Counted from the first letter of the stretch, positions 49,362 through 61,750 are shown. The stretch: 64,000 bases of DNA from Chiloscyllium plagiosum (GCF_004010195.1 NC_057726.1:14890572-14954571); one strand, 5' to 3'. A program made the numbers and translations. Notes: a model not told the origin generated them from the letters alone.

Positions 49362-50893
49362 TTTCTCAGAGGATTGTGGGTGCTTGACGTTCAGTGTCCC
49401 AGTGGGCGGTGGTAATTCAGGGCTCGGATTGATGTATCTTTGCTCACTAGTGTAATTGAGAGATATTTGGGTGGAGCAGGAAGGGTCAGTTCATGTAGAA
49501 GTTCAACACAGTTGGGACAAAGGGTCAGGGTACTAGGATCTTATATTCAAAGTACTTCACATTCAATTGATTGTGTTTGAAGTGTCTTCCTGTTTTGTAG
49601 CATCAAATTTGCATATAGTAAGGTTTCACAAACAGACCATAAGGAACAGTGTCTCATTGGTTAGCACTGCTGCCTCACAAGACCAGGGTCCTGGCTTCAA
49701 TTCCAGCCTCAGGTGACTGTCTGTGTGGAGTTTGCACATTCTTCCCTGGTCTGTGTGTGTTCCCTCTGGGTGCTCCAGTTTCCTTCCACAGTCCAAAGAT
49801 GTGCAGGTTTGCTGAATTGGTCATGCTAATTTGTCCATAGTGTTCATGGATGTGTAGGTTAGGTGCATTAGTCAGGGGGAAATGTTGAGTAATAGGGTAG
49901 GGGAATAGGTCTGGGTGGGTTACTCTTTGGAGGGTCAATGTGGACTTGTTGGCCTGTTTCTACACTGCAAGGATTTTTTGATTCTAGAAATAGACCATCC
50001 AACCCATCCTGATGAAGGGCTTTTGCCCGAAACGTCGATTTTGCTGCTCGTCGGATGCTGCCTGAATTGCTGTGCTCTTCCAGCACCACTGATCCAGAAT
50101 CTGGTTTCCAGCATCTGCAGTCATTGTTTTCTCAGAGGATTGTGGGTGCTTGACGTTCAGTGTCCCAGTGGGCGGTGGTAATTCAGGGCTCGGATTGATG
50201 TATCTTTGCTCACTAGTGTAATTGAGAGATATTTGGGTGGAGCAGGAAGGGTCAGTTCATGTAGAAGTTCAACACAATTGGGACAAAGGGTCAAGGTACT
50301 AGGATCTTATATTCAAAGTATTTCACATTCAATTGATTGTGTTTGAAGTATCTTCTTGTTTTGTAGCATCCAATTTGCATATAGTCAGGTTTCACAAACA
50401 GACCATAAGGAACAGTGTCTCATTGGTTAGCACTGCTGCCTCACAAGGCCAGGGTCCTGGCTTCAATTCCAGCCTCAGGTGACTGTCTGTGTGGAGTTTG
50501 CACATTCTTCCCTAGTCTGTGTGTGTTCCCTCTGGGTGCTCCAGTTTCCTCCCACAGTCCAAAGATGTGCAGGTTTGCTGAATTGGCCATGCTAATTTGT
50601 CCATAGTGTTCATGGATGTGTCGGTTAGGTGCATTAGTCAGGGGGAAATGTTGAGTAATAGGGTAGGGGAATAGGTCTGGGTGGGTTACTCTTTGGAGGG
50701 TCAATGTGGACTTGTTGGCCTGTTTCTACACTGCAAGGATTTTATGATTCTAGAAATAGACCATCCAACCCATCCTGATGAAGGGCTTTTGCCCGAAACG
50801 TGGATTTTGCTGCTCGTCGGATGCTGCCTGAATTGCTGTGCTCTTCCAGCACCACTGATCCAGAATCTGGTTTCCAGCATCTGCAGTAATTGT
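49362..50893. repeat. 766-bp tandem duplication (49362-50127 / 50128-50893), each unit containing a CR1 piece, an HE1 SINE and a PLE-A terminus
   Basis: Near-identical ORFs offset by exactly 766 (49649/50415, 49675/50441, 49915/50681). About 15 substitutions counted by eye. attgttt microhomology at the junctions. Confidence 0.92.
50006..50039 (+). ncRNA. Minimal type I hammerhead ribozyme motif (PLE family A)
   Basis: AUC-CUGAUGA-A-GGGC(uuuu)GCCC-GAAA-CG-UC-GAU. The duplicate at 50772-50805 has the cleavage triplet GUC changed to GUG. Confidence 0.7.
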
Positions 50894-50913
50894 TTTTACC
50901 TCATCCAACCCAT

Positions 50914-51600
50914 TGAGTCTGCTCTGCCATTCAGTGTGATCATGGCTGATCTGAGAATCCTTAGCTCCACTTTCCTGCCTTATTCCCCATAACCTGTGCT
51001 TCCCCTACTGATTAAAAATCTGTCTACCTCTATCTTGAATATACTTAATGACTCAGCGTCTATAGCCTTCTGCAGTAAAGAATTTCTCAGATTCACTACC
51101 CTCAGAGAAGAAATTCCTCCTTAACTCAGTATTCAATGGACCACCTTTTATTTGGAGATTACAGTCTTGGTCCTAGCCTCTCCCACAAGCGGATCTCTCA
51201 GCATCTACCCTGTCAAATCCCCTAAGAATCTTAAATGTTTCAATAAGATCACCTTTCATTCTTCTAAGCTGGAGTAAGTACAGGCCAAACCTACTGAACC
51301 ACTCCTCAGAAAACAGTCCCTTCATACTAGGGACCAACCTTGTTAGCCTTCTCTGGATTGCCTCCAAAGCTAATATGGCTCCCCTTTAATGAGGCAACTG
51401 GAACTATTCACAGTATTCTAGGTATGGTCTCAGTCGTGCCTTGTATAGTTTAGTTGGCCTTTATTTCAAAAGTCAAAGCAGTCTAAAAATAGCAAGACTC
51501 CCCTATTTTTAGACTCCATTCCCTTTTGAAATAAAGTCCAACATTCCATTCACCTTCCCTATTATGCTGAACTTGGATGCTAGCTTTTTGTGATTTGACC
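50914..51600 (-). mobile_element. CR1 3' fragment
   Basis: EAIQRRLTRLVPSMKGL..RRMKGDLIETFKILRGFDRVDAER. Confidence 0.85.
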
Positions 51601-52330
51601 ACCAAATCCTTCTGAGCTTTTTTTCTCCATCAGTTGTTCATAGTGTGGCCATGCTCGTTTTGTTCTTGAAGAAATAAACATCTCTAATGGACCAGTTTTG
51701 AAGATGAAGTAATTTTCAGAGTTACCCATAAGGTTAACATTAGTAATATTACTATTATTAATATCCTCGGTAATATTACTAGAATATAACCCTCAGTGTT
51801 ATTTTGACGAAGGGATCAAGGTTTCACTACTGTTGAGGTGAAAGCAGCAGGCATTCTACCATTTTTTTCATATCCACCGGCCTTGTGGTTATGGCTTAGC
51901 TGCCTGTCTCTCTACGAATGTTACCATGGTGATTTGTGTTGACCTCTCTTGGCCTGTCTGTCCCAAGTGGTGGTATACAGGGATGGTTAGATTACCATTC
52001 CTTGAATATTTTCCCCAGACCTGAGGCAGGAATGGTTGAATGTGGCATTGGCGTAGGAAAGAGGCCAGTACTTCACTAGTGCTACTGATGCTGGGCACTG
52101 CCTGGGTATGTACCTCGATCTACATTAGGAGCAGCAATGAGACCTCAAGTTTCTCTCAATCTGGTCATCCAGCATCATGTGATGGATAAGTAGCACCAGA
52201 ACCCAAGTCCTCGGTTGCAGAGACACAAGAGACACCTTGGCTGACCGAAATTAAAGCTTCTGGTACCTGGAGCCCTTACTTTCTCTCTGATAGACTGTTA
52301 TCTATCAAACCCTTTTGCCGTGACTGCACA

Positions 52331-52527
52331 AAGTCAGAAGTAAAATGACACCAGGTTATAGTCCAACAAGTTTATCTGAAATCACAAACTTTCAGAGCAC
52401 TGCTACTTCATTGACGAAGGGGCAGTGCTCCGAAAGCTTGTGATTTCAAATGAGCTGGTCTGTAACCAGCTGTCGTGTCACGTCTGACTTTGTTCGCGCC
52501 AGTCCAACACCGGCATCTCCACATTAT
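52331..52527. mobile_element. PLE family B variant mini-palindrome
   Basis: caccaggttatagtccaac..ctttcagagcactgctacttcat / tgacgaaggggcagtgctccgaaagcttgtg..ccagtccaacaccggcatctccacat. TSD gtgactgcaca (52320-52330) / gtgactacaca (52528-52538). Confidence 0.75.
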
Positions 52528-52803
52528 GTGACTACACAGGCATAACTAGCCTGTCCTCCTAGTCAGATCTTGCAAGGCAGTGATATTTTTAAATAGTGCT
52601 TATCTTCTGTCCTTTCAGTGCATGTCATAGTTACAGTGAGCAAGGAGAGGCAGAAAGATCTTTCAGGAACAGAATGGTACCAGTTCTGGTCCATGGGGCA
52701 ACGATACTCTTCCTTTGATGCTTTCATGTCCACTAATGTCCAGAGTGACCTTTCAAAATGGAAGTAAAAGTTGATATTGACTTGAATGAATTTCAGTTCT
52801 AGT

Positions 52804-52897
52804 CCTGCTCCTCGGATGCTGCCTGAACTGCTGTGCTTTTCCAGCACCACTCTAATCCAGAATCTGGTTTCCAGCATCTGCAGTCATTGTTTTTACC
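52804..52897 (+). mobile_element. PLE family A terminus
   Basis: cctgctcctcggatgctgcctgaactgctgtgcttttccagcaccactctaatccagaatctggtttccagcatctgcagtcattgtttttacct. Confidence 0.75.
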
Positions 52898-54242
52898 TAT
52901 ACCTTTCTATCATGTTCCACCTCATCTTGTATGGGAAAGCTAGTTTCACAACACTGTAACTTACATGTCCATCATGACGTCTGTCTAACTTGTCTAATAC
53001 TAATCATAAATACATCTTTGCTTACATGTGTTGGTTACTCAACAACTAGGAAACAAATTGTTTCAAGTTTACATCAAAAGAAGCGAGTAGTTAGGAGATT
53101 TTTTTAACTCAGTATTTTTAAGGTCTAGAATATCTTAGCAGAAGCAATGGTGTAGCAAAACTATAGCTCTTTTTAAAAGGGAATTGAATGTATCAAAGTA
53201 TATATAGCTAGCTGACATTTGTTTCATGCTGTAGTGTAAAAATATATAGTAGGCATCAGTATCTTTTTTGACTCCAACAGGATCATGCAATGTATACAAT
53301 AAAAGTTTGGGAATGTTTGCGATGGAGAGACTGGTAATAGGTTGCAAACTGTGAGGGAACATGCTTTCTGACCAACATTTTTGCCAAAACCAAAAACAGA
53401 TAAGTTAATTAATCTCTGTGGTTTATGGGATCTTACTGTGCTTAATTTGGTTGTTGACTGTGAATAACTTTTGAGATTGCTAAAGGCACTATGTAAATGC
53501 TGCACCTTTTTTTACCTTGGGTTGGCTGCTGAGCATATAGAATCGTTTTATGACTTTGGGAAATGGTGCACATGCTTTTGGAATCAGCGAGCTTATGCTT
53601 GCTATCTATCCTGTATTCTTAGGATTCAACAGATTAAGTGACAACTCAAAACAATTTAAATGCAGTTTAACACTTGGATGAATAAACTATGTAACAACAG
53701 ATTCTAACCTGTCACTAATTGTATTGTTTAGTATCAGATCAGCCATAAGTTGTAGCTGATCTTATTCCTCTTGCAGTGCAGGCCATATAATTTCCATTTC
53801 ACCAAATGATCTACTTAAGGTAAGGAGGAAGTAGTGTTCATGAATAAATACAGGAACAATTTATAATTGCCCTTGTGTGGAATCAGTTTTGGGGTGAGCT
53901 TGGATATCTGTTTATCATTTAATTTGTTGTGTTCTACCAGCTTTTGAAATAACCTCAGCAGTAGTAAATAGATAATGTTAATTAAATCTTGGTTATTGGT
54001 CCAAGTGCACTTGTGAGGAGAATTATAAGTAACAGAGTCATATATCTCATTGAAACATGTAAAATACTGAAATGAAAAATGCAAGGCTGTGGGAAAAGAG
54101 GGGAGTGTGGTTGCTAGTCATGATAGGCCAAATGGCCTTCTCCCTGTGCTGTAACATCCTTTGGACCCTGAAAGGGGAAGGAAAAGATTAGGATTTGTGT
54201 TTTGAGGAATCTCTTACAAAATTATAGCACCTTGTAGCCTCC

Positions 54243-54579
54243 GTGTGGAAACAGGCCCTTCAGCCCAACAAGTCCACACTGACCCCCCGAAGAGTAACTT
54301 ACCCAGACACATTCCCCTACCCTATTATTCTACATTAACCCCTGACTAATGCACTTAACCTACACATCTCTCAACAGTATGGGCAATTTAAGCATGGCCA
54401 ATTCACCTAACCTGCACATCTTTGGATTGTGGGGGGAAACCAGAGCACCCAGAGGAAACCCACACAGACACCTGGAGAATGTGCAGACTTCACATAGACA
54501 GTTACCCGAGGCTGGAATTGAACAACGGGTCCCTAGCACTGTGAGGCAGCAGTGCTAACCACTGAGCCACCGTGCCGCC
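54243..54579 (-). mobile_element. HE1-type V-SINE (full length), followed by a PLE-D terminus (54597-54693)
   Basis: Reverse complement of the tRNA head (gctaaccactgagccaccgtgccgcc), V-domain and tail. The adjacent PLE-D piece is flanked by tggatcattc repeats (54587-54596 / 54694-54703). Confidence 0.88.
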
Positions 54580-57500
54580 TAGAAACTGGATCATTCTAAG
54601 GAATGGTCACCGAACCCAAAACATTAACTCTGATTCCTGTTCACAGATCTTGCCAGACCTGCTAAGCTTTTCCAGCAACTTCTGTCTTTGTTTTGGATCA
54701 TTCACTATATTGTCAAGACCACTGACTGAATAAATGATAATTTTATATTACATGGCCCGTATTTTAAGGAATTGAATTCTGCAATTGTCTATTTTTATAC
54801 GAAAACTGAAAATCAGTGGCCTTTGTTATTCTCACATAAACTGTGAAAGGTCTTTATTTAATTCATATTCTATCCCTCAGTGATAAATTTGTTACAGTGT
54901 GGTTCTGTTGTGGGGAAAAACACCATTCTCAGAGTCAGAATCAGGTTCACTGACAGAGTTTACTGCACAAGGAAATACTGGAGCTCTAGGGAGAGAAAGA
55001 TACCAACAGCACAGTGGTCAGCTGTGAGTCTTCTCTCGACCCGGAGCACATGTCAATACACTTTTGTACATCTTGTGATACATTAGGTCAGTGATGAGAT
55101 TATTGTCTTTGTAACATGGTATGTTTATGGCAATTATTGCAGAATTGGTGATAGTTTTGATAGGCTTTGTCTGTTTCAGCGCAGCCTTTGTTAATTTCTG
55201 CATGGTCACTGTCAGTTTCAGTGTAGACATTGTCAGCTTCAATGTCTGCACGGAAATCCATTGCTGTAGTTATGGGCGCTAATTGCTCTTCCTGAGAAGG
55301 ACAATTACTGTAGCCCTGGCTATTAGCATTTCGTACTGAGTCTGTATCAAGCTGTTAGCATTTCTATAAGAGGTGTTGGCTAGACCCAGACACTTCGGCA
55401 GGCAGTGTTCATTACTCAAGTGTATTATCTCCCCCACCCACCTTAAATGAATCAAATGAGTTGTGAGTGCATTGTGCTGGCATGCTGGTTGCCCCAGGCA
55501 GTGTCTATATCTGCTGTTTCTCTCTATAATGTGATCTGGTGGCTATCTTGTGTGTCGAGTTGGCCAACTGATGGCTCAGCGGACATCTTGTGTGTCCATG
55601 TGCCTAGTGTCACCCTCGCCCCTGTCATTTCTCTCTTCAGTTCACAGATAAATTATTGGCGTGTTACAGCTGTGTAGCATCTGTGCAAGGGCAGCACAGC
55701 TACTCCCAACCCCCTGGCGTTTCGTTGTTGCCCTGCAATTTTGTTTCCTCTCATGGTGTTCACCTAATTTCCTTTTGAAGGGCAAGATTGAATCTCCCTT
55801 GCTACAACGGCAGTTTTTTTTTCTTTTAAGGCAAGGTGCGAGGCAAGATCACTGAAAGTATTTCAAGAGGAGGTAGGGAGTTGGGAGTTAGCACAAGCTG
55901 GCAAAAAATCAGGAATTGAGACTTGGTGCAAATTAGCCATGATCCTTTTGAATAGCAGAGCAGTTTCAAGGGGCCAAATGGCCTATTTGTGCTCCTGTAT
56001 ATTATCTTCTGTTTCGTATATTCAGCCTGCCATCCATTTGCTGGCTCTGTGAAAGAACCGTTGTACTTTATCCCATGTTCCTATCTTTTATCCATCACCC
56101 TGTACATTCCTCATCCTCAAGAGTCTTCCTATTCAAAAAATTATTGATTTGCAGAAGCTTTCATCTTCATCTTCAGAAAAAATGGTGGCTCAGTGATTCA
56201 CACTGCTATCTCATAACACCAGGGACCTAGTGTTCTAGTTTCCTCCTACAGTCCAAACATCTGCAGGTTAGGTGAATCTCTAGTTAATGACTCACTCATC
56301 AACGTGAACTTTGATCTACTTGGTATCAAAATCTCATGTGATCTTGAAAACCTCGACTAGGTCATCTTCAAACCAAGTTAGTTTATTAGATTTTATGATT
56401 TGACAACTTGTTGCTAACTTTGTCCTGACAGATATGTGTACTGAGAAAACATTTCTTGCTCTCATATGTGAATATTAGCTCCTGGACCTCATGGCTATGC
56501 ATTAAAGAAACCTCATTTATTTGTATTTTGTTTAAGCACCATAGGCTTGAATTTCATTTTGTGATCTGGATAATCTCCACAACCTAATTCCATATGCAGA
56601 TTTATCACTCATACTGTGCAATCTTCAAATCTAAATGACCTTTTGGTGGGGATTGAGGTTCCTTGCATGAGGCTGGATATTTAGGTATCCCTTAGGGGAT
56701 GTGAGTGAGAGGTCTTTTCAGGGGGCGGAGGAAGAGGCATGGCCAATCTGATGCCCTTTGAGTTTGTTAACTGCAGGCAATTGTGCAGAAATGGTCCGAA
56801 TCCCTTGGAACTTGCCAAATTGACGAGCTGTCAAGAAGTGTTGAGTGCCCTCAACAAGTGGCAAGACCTTCCAAGATGGTAGCGGAGCACTGAGGTTTAC
56901 CAGAACCTGGGAGCTAACTGCAGTGCTTGAGTGGCAAGCCATGCTGGGGTCTGTTGTTGTCTTGCAGGGAGAAGGGAGACAATCAAAGAAGACAGCAGTC
57001 TCCATGCACTACCAGAAATGGCCAAATCAACAAATGAGTGTCAAAGCACAGAACCTGACACAATGATGCAGTATGATTAAAAATAAGTCTTTAACTTATG
57101 CTTGCTTTGAACCCCACAGCGTACCAATACGCAGTAGACTGCTTAGATTCAGAAGCTTCAAAAGTCGCCATCTAGCCCTTTAGCAAACTCCTCAAGAGGT
57201 TTTATGGAAGTTAATTCAAAGGGAATGGATTTCCCATTCCTCCTGCCCTTCCATTGAAAACCACTTTGGGTTCTGGAGCCAATGGGATTCAGTGTCACCC
57301 TCTGGAAATATCGTTTTGATCCCATGCCCGCAGTCATTCCTGTCCCACCAGCAATTGTACCGATCAAACTGAGTCAGGGCAACAGTGACACCCTGAAGGC
57401 AGAGTTAAAATAGTTGGCCTGCCTTTTGAATCTTTTATTGAGATGTTCACTGAACAAACTGGAATCCATTGTAGACACATAAGGGTTTGGATCTACTGCT

Positions 57501-58882
57501 TTGTTTTCTTTGTTTAGATTTGTGCTTATTAAGGTGATCCACTATAAAATTGAGGAATGTAGCATTGTTCTCGTATTTAGACTTGTCTGATTACAGTTGG
57601 GTGGATCATTGAGTTGGATTGAGGGTGCACGTCTTTCTACAGTGACAAAACTCTGCATAGTGTACCCTTGTCTCCACTGCCAAAGAGCCACTTCACTGGT
57701 GCACCTTCTCTTCATGGAGTGTCTTCAGTGTTTTGGGACATCCTGAGGTCGTGAAAGGCGCGATATAATGCAAACCTCCTTTGCTCTCTGTAAACAAGTG
57801 CCACGTCAGGGTTTATTTTGCATCTGAGCTTCCCCTACCCACCTTTGTTTACCTCATCTCAGTAACATATTTTCCCCTCTCTTTTTCTGTCCAATGTGGT
57901 TATCTCGCTGCCCCTCCTCTGTTTGCCTCAACTCCTACGGTTCTGACCACATTCTTAGTGAGGACATTACTCCTGAAGTGGAAAGGGAGGAGGTCAGTGA
58001 CTAAAATGTGGTTTGCAGCAGGCGATGTACGATGTTGAGGAGGGCCATGGGCAGGAAGTAGAGTTTGAAGGTGAACGGTACATGAAGGGTTTTGTCCACT
58101 CTGAGTTCAGCCTTTGAGTGAAGCTGAGCTAGTTTTTTGAGCTCAAGTTCATGTTTGGGTTTGGACTTCCATCGAAAGGAAGGCTATAGTGCCATGACAT
58201 TTCTGCAGGAAGTCAGAGTCCATTGAAACGAAAGAGGGAGGTATGGATAGAGTTTGAAGAATACTCACGGCAGGCAAAAAAAAATTATTGGTATTTCAGG
58301 AAAAGCAAAAGATCTGGCGATTCCATCGCCCTTGAAATGTTTTAGAACAATTGGAGTTAAAAACTCTTGTCCCTTTTGTCGTTCCTGGGTTGGACGCACA
58401 GAGGCAGGAAAATTTCCGGCTACCTGACTTCCAAAAATGACAGGCCGCACTGCCCACTCTCCGTTTGGGGGATCTGCCTGGAGTGGGAGTCAGGCCAATT
58501 CCAGCCCTCCAACCTTCATATCTGCTTGATTCCATCTCATTCCCCGACACACCTCACCCTCACCTCACACCACATGCTCCTCGACCTATCTCCATGGCCA
58601 CTCCTACCCCCTTTGCCAACTTAGTGCCTACTTTCACCTACTTCCATCTACCATTCTTTCTCCCTCCACCTACCTTGTCAACTCAACTGGTGTTCACAAA
58701 TATCCACCCACACTGGAGAAAAATAAACTTCCAGTACTTTGTTTCCTTATTGCAAAGGACACATACTGTGAAAAACACTCAATTCATAAAAAAAACACAT
58801 AGTTTGACTGGGCTTAACTACTTTAACACTGCTTTAAATACTTATTGCTACTTCTGGACACCTCTTGACATCTCTTAACACC

Positions 58883-59875
58883 TAGAGCTGTAGAGTCACA
58901 CAACACGGAAGCAGACCCTTCAGTCCAATAAGTCCATGCCAACCATAATTCCAAGCTAAACTAGTCCCACCTGCCTGCGCTTGGCCTATCGAAACATTTC
59001 TTATTCATGTACTTAACTAAATGACTTTTCAACTTTGTAACTGCACCTGCATCCACCACTTCCTCTGGAAGATCATTTCACACAAAAAAAGTTGCCGCTC
59101 ATCTTTTATTATACTTTTCTCCTCTCACCTTAAAAATATGCCCCCTAGTCTTGAATTCCTCCATTCTGGATTAGTGGTGCTGGAAGAGCACAGCAATTCA
59201 GGCAGCATCCGAGGACAGGCAAAATCCGAGGACAGGCAAACTCGACGTTTCGGGCAAAAGCCCTTCATCAGGAATAAAGGCAGAGAGCCTGAAGCGTGGA
59301 GAGATAAGCTAGAGGAGGGTGGGGGTGGGGACAGAGTAGCATAGAGTACAATAGGTCAGTGGGGGAGGAGGTGAAGGTGATAGGTCAGGGAGGAGAGGGT
59401 GGAGTGGATAGGTGGAAAAGGAGTTGGGCAGGTCGGACAAGTCCGGACAAGACAAGGGGACAGTGTTGAGCTGTAGGTTAGAAACTAGGATGAGGTGGGG
59501 GAAAGGGAAATGAGGAAGCTGTTGAAGTCCACATTGATGCCCTGGGGTTGAAGTGTTCCGAGGCAGAAGATGAGGCGTTCTTCTTCCATGCGTCTGGTAG
59601 TGAGGGCTGTAGTAGCGGGTTTGTTTCAGGACATGATTGAAGAGCTTCAGGGCAGAGGGAATGACCTGGGAGTTGCAGTGGGAGAGAGACTCCCTGAGAT
59701 TCTTGTAGAGAGAGGAGGAAAACTTCTTCAAGGCAGGCATCCCCAGCACCACTAATCCAGAATCTGGTTTCCAGCATCTGCAGTCATTGTTTTTACCTCG
59801 TTGAATTCCTCCATCCTAGGGAAAAGATAACTGCCATTCACCTTATCTATACCCCTCATAGTTTTGTAAACATCT
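58883..59875 (-). mobile_element. CR1 3' fragment interrupted by an internally deleted PLE family A copy (59165-59800)
   Basis: TSD ttgaattcctccat at 59151-59164 and 59801-59814. The insert reads (minus) GMPALKKFSSSLYKNLRESLSHCNSQVIPSALKLFNHVLKQTRYYS joined to EERLIFCLGTLQPQGINVDFNSF, with termini at both ends in inverted orientation. Confidence 0.85.
59241..59274 (-). ncRNA. Minimal hammerhead ribozyme motif (PLE family A)
   Basis: Reverse complement UUC-CUGAUGA-A-GGGC(uuuu)GCCC-GAAA-CG-UC-GAG, core intact. Confidence 0.68.
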
Positions 59876-60624
59876 ATAAAATGAGTCGATACTTCTTGAC
59901 AGTGCCGGCAATTCCAGTGTTAATGTACCTTTTCTTCATAATCTGCTGCACAGTTAATGATCCCAAAAGGTATTTGAGTTACCCAACCACCACCACAAAG
60001 AATACCTGACACCCTACCCTCCCAAAGAAGTCCTGACCCCTCTCTTCAAGCTGTCTTCAGATGATATCCTGAGGATGACCTACCTTTCCCAAGGAGGTAC
60101 CCTAACTGTCCAAACAGAATGCATTGAGAGCAGTCCTGTGCCAGTCTCCACACTTCAGCTTTCAGATAGCTGTGATTCCCAAGTCCAATTTGAATTGAAG
60201 CAGGTGGCCATCCATGTAGCTAGCTCCCTCCATAAACCACACATGCCTGAACCACAACCCATCCCCATGAAAATGAGAAATGCTAGATTTGGTTCGACAT
60301 TTCAGATTCCAGATGTCTTCCAACCGATTGGAAAGAATCTTCCTTGTGGTGAAAAGGAAGGTTCAGAGCTTGCTTGTGAAAAAGTGTTTTTTTCCCTTTG
60401 TGTATACTCTCACACATCTGCACATCTGTTTATGCTATAGTAGAGAAAACTACTAGAGGAGAGAACAGATCTCTATGTGAATTATTGTCTCTGATTGATA
60501 AAGGTTAATTGTCAATGCTTAGCTAAGCAATATGGAAAGTTACACAAGGAAGGTTGCACAAAGCTCTTCAGGGTTGATGTGAAATGATGGCAATAACTGA
60601 TACAGCACCTTTTCTCTCCAATAG

Positions 60625-61219
60625 GTAGAGAAGATTGTCGATAAAAGGAAAAATAAAAAAGGGAAATGGGAGTACCTTATACGATGGAAAGGTTATGGAA
60701 GTAATGAAGACACTTGGGAGCCAGAACATCACCTCCTGCATTGTGAAGAATTTATTGATGAGTTTAATGGACTCAACGCTTCCAAAGAAAAGCGAACTAA
60801 ATCAGGGAAACGGGGAAATAGCCCAAGACAGGTCTTAAGGGACAATCATGGAACTTCTCCACTGAGAGCCTATGAATCCACAAAGGGGAAGGGTGGAGGA
60901 TTACGAAGAAAGCGGACTAATAATGCACATCAAAAACAAAAGCGGGGTACAATAGGGAGGGATGGAAAGCACACATCTGGAGAACCCAAGAAAATCATCG
61001 CTACTAAAACGGTGCATTACAGAACAACTGCGAGTGGAGTACAGATTATGCCTTACAGAAAGACTGATAACTCATTTCAGAATGGGGATGCTAGACATGG
61101 CAAAAATGCATTACAGTTTGACAATACCTCAAGGCAACAGGAAGTGAATGTGGACCTGGGAGAGCAGGACTTTGCAGAGGATGGATCAGTTGCCGATTCT
61201 CCTTTGGTAAACGGAGTAG
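60625..61219 (+). CDS. CDYL2: CDYL2 internal exon (chromodomain plus linker; equivalent to human exon 2)
   Basis: Acceptor tttctctccaatag|GTA and donor GTAG|gtatgt. The 595-nt frame is open: [50 protein letters not shown]...[17 protein letters not shown]...FQNGDA...LGEQD...NGVG. It matches the vertebrate CDYL2 chromodomain as recalled ([50 protein letters not shown]). Phase 0 start, phase 1 end. Confidence 0.96.
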
Positions 61220-61535
61220 GTATGTAATAAGTATTGGTGTTACAATGTCAGCAAGTCATTCAGCTTCTCCCCTCCCCCACTCACCTTCCCCCAGGGCAAC
61301 GCTGGTCTTTATCCTACAGTGTTCACTGATGTGCACATACTTGGAGATTGCATGAACATTTTTAATTATTGCAAGCAGCAGGACTCAAACTTGCAAACAG
61401 TTCAGTTAAACATGCCTCCATCTTTGAGATAATTTTAAAAATAGATTGCTCCATGCTTGCTAACAGTAATGTTCATTGACTAAATGGAATTGTTCATTTT
61501 GCAGACTGACATTTCACCGCATTCTGTTTCAATAG

Positions 61536-61750
61536 GGATTTCCAATGGACAAGCTAACCTGCCATGTTCTGTGAAGAGGAAGCTTGTGGAAGACAAGGAA
61601 GACTATGTATTTGACAAACGGCTCAGATGCAGTGTACGACAGAATGAAAGCAACTATCGTTTCAGGGACATTGTTGTTAGGAAGCAAGATGGTTTTACAC
61701 ATATATTGCTCTCTAGCCAAACTTCAGACAACAATTCATTAACACCCGAG
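61536..61750 (+). CDS. CDYL2: CDYL2 internal exon (start of enoyl-CoA hydratase/crotonase-like domain; equivalent to human exon 3)
   Basis: Acceptor ctgtttcaatag|GG is phase 1 and compatible with the previous exon; donor GAG|gtaagg. Encodes ISNGQANLPCSVKRKLVEDKEDYVFDKRLRCSVRQNESNYRFRDIVVRKQDGFTHILLSSQTSDNNSLTPE. FTHILLSSQTSDNN is CDYL2-like rather than CDYL-like. Confidence 0.95.

Noticed and set aside
51741-51781. 14-bp palindrome TAGTAATATTACTA with a nearby partial copy
   Set aside because: AT-rich and short, with no TSD or other support for a function.
61484-61535. ATG start of the listed 97-aa ORF and the alternative acceptor ttttgcag at 61504
   Set aside because: Intronic read-through. 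That acceptor is phase 0 and incompatible with the phase 1 donor at 61219.
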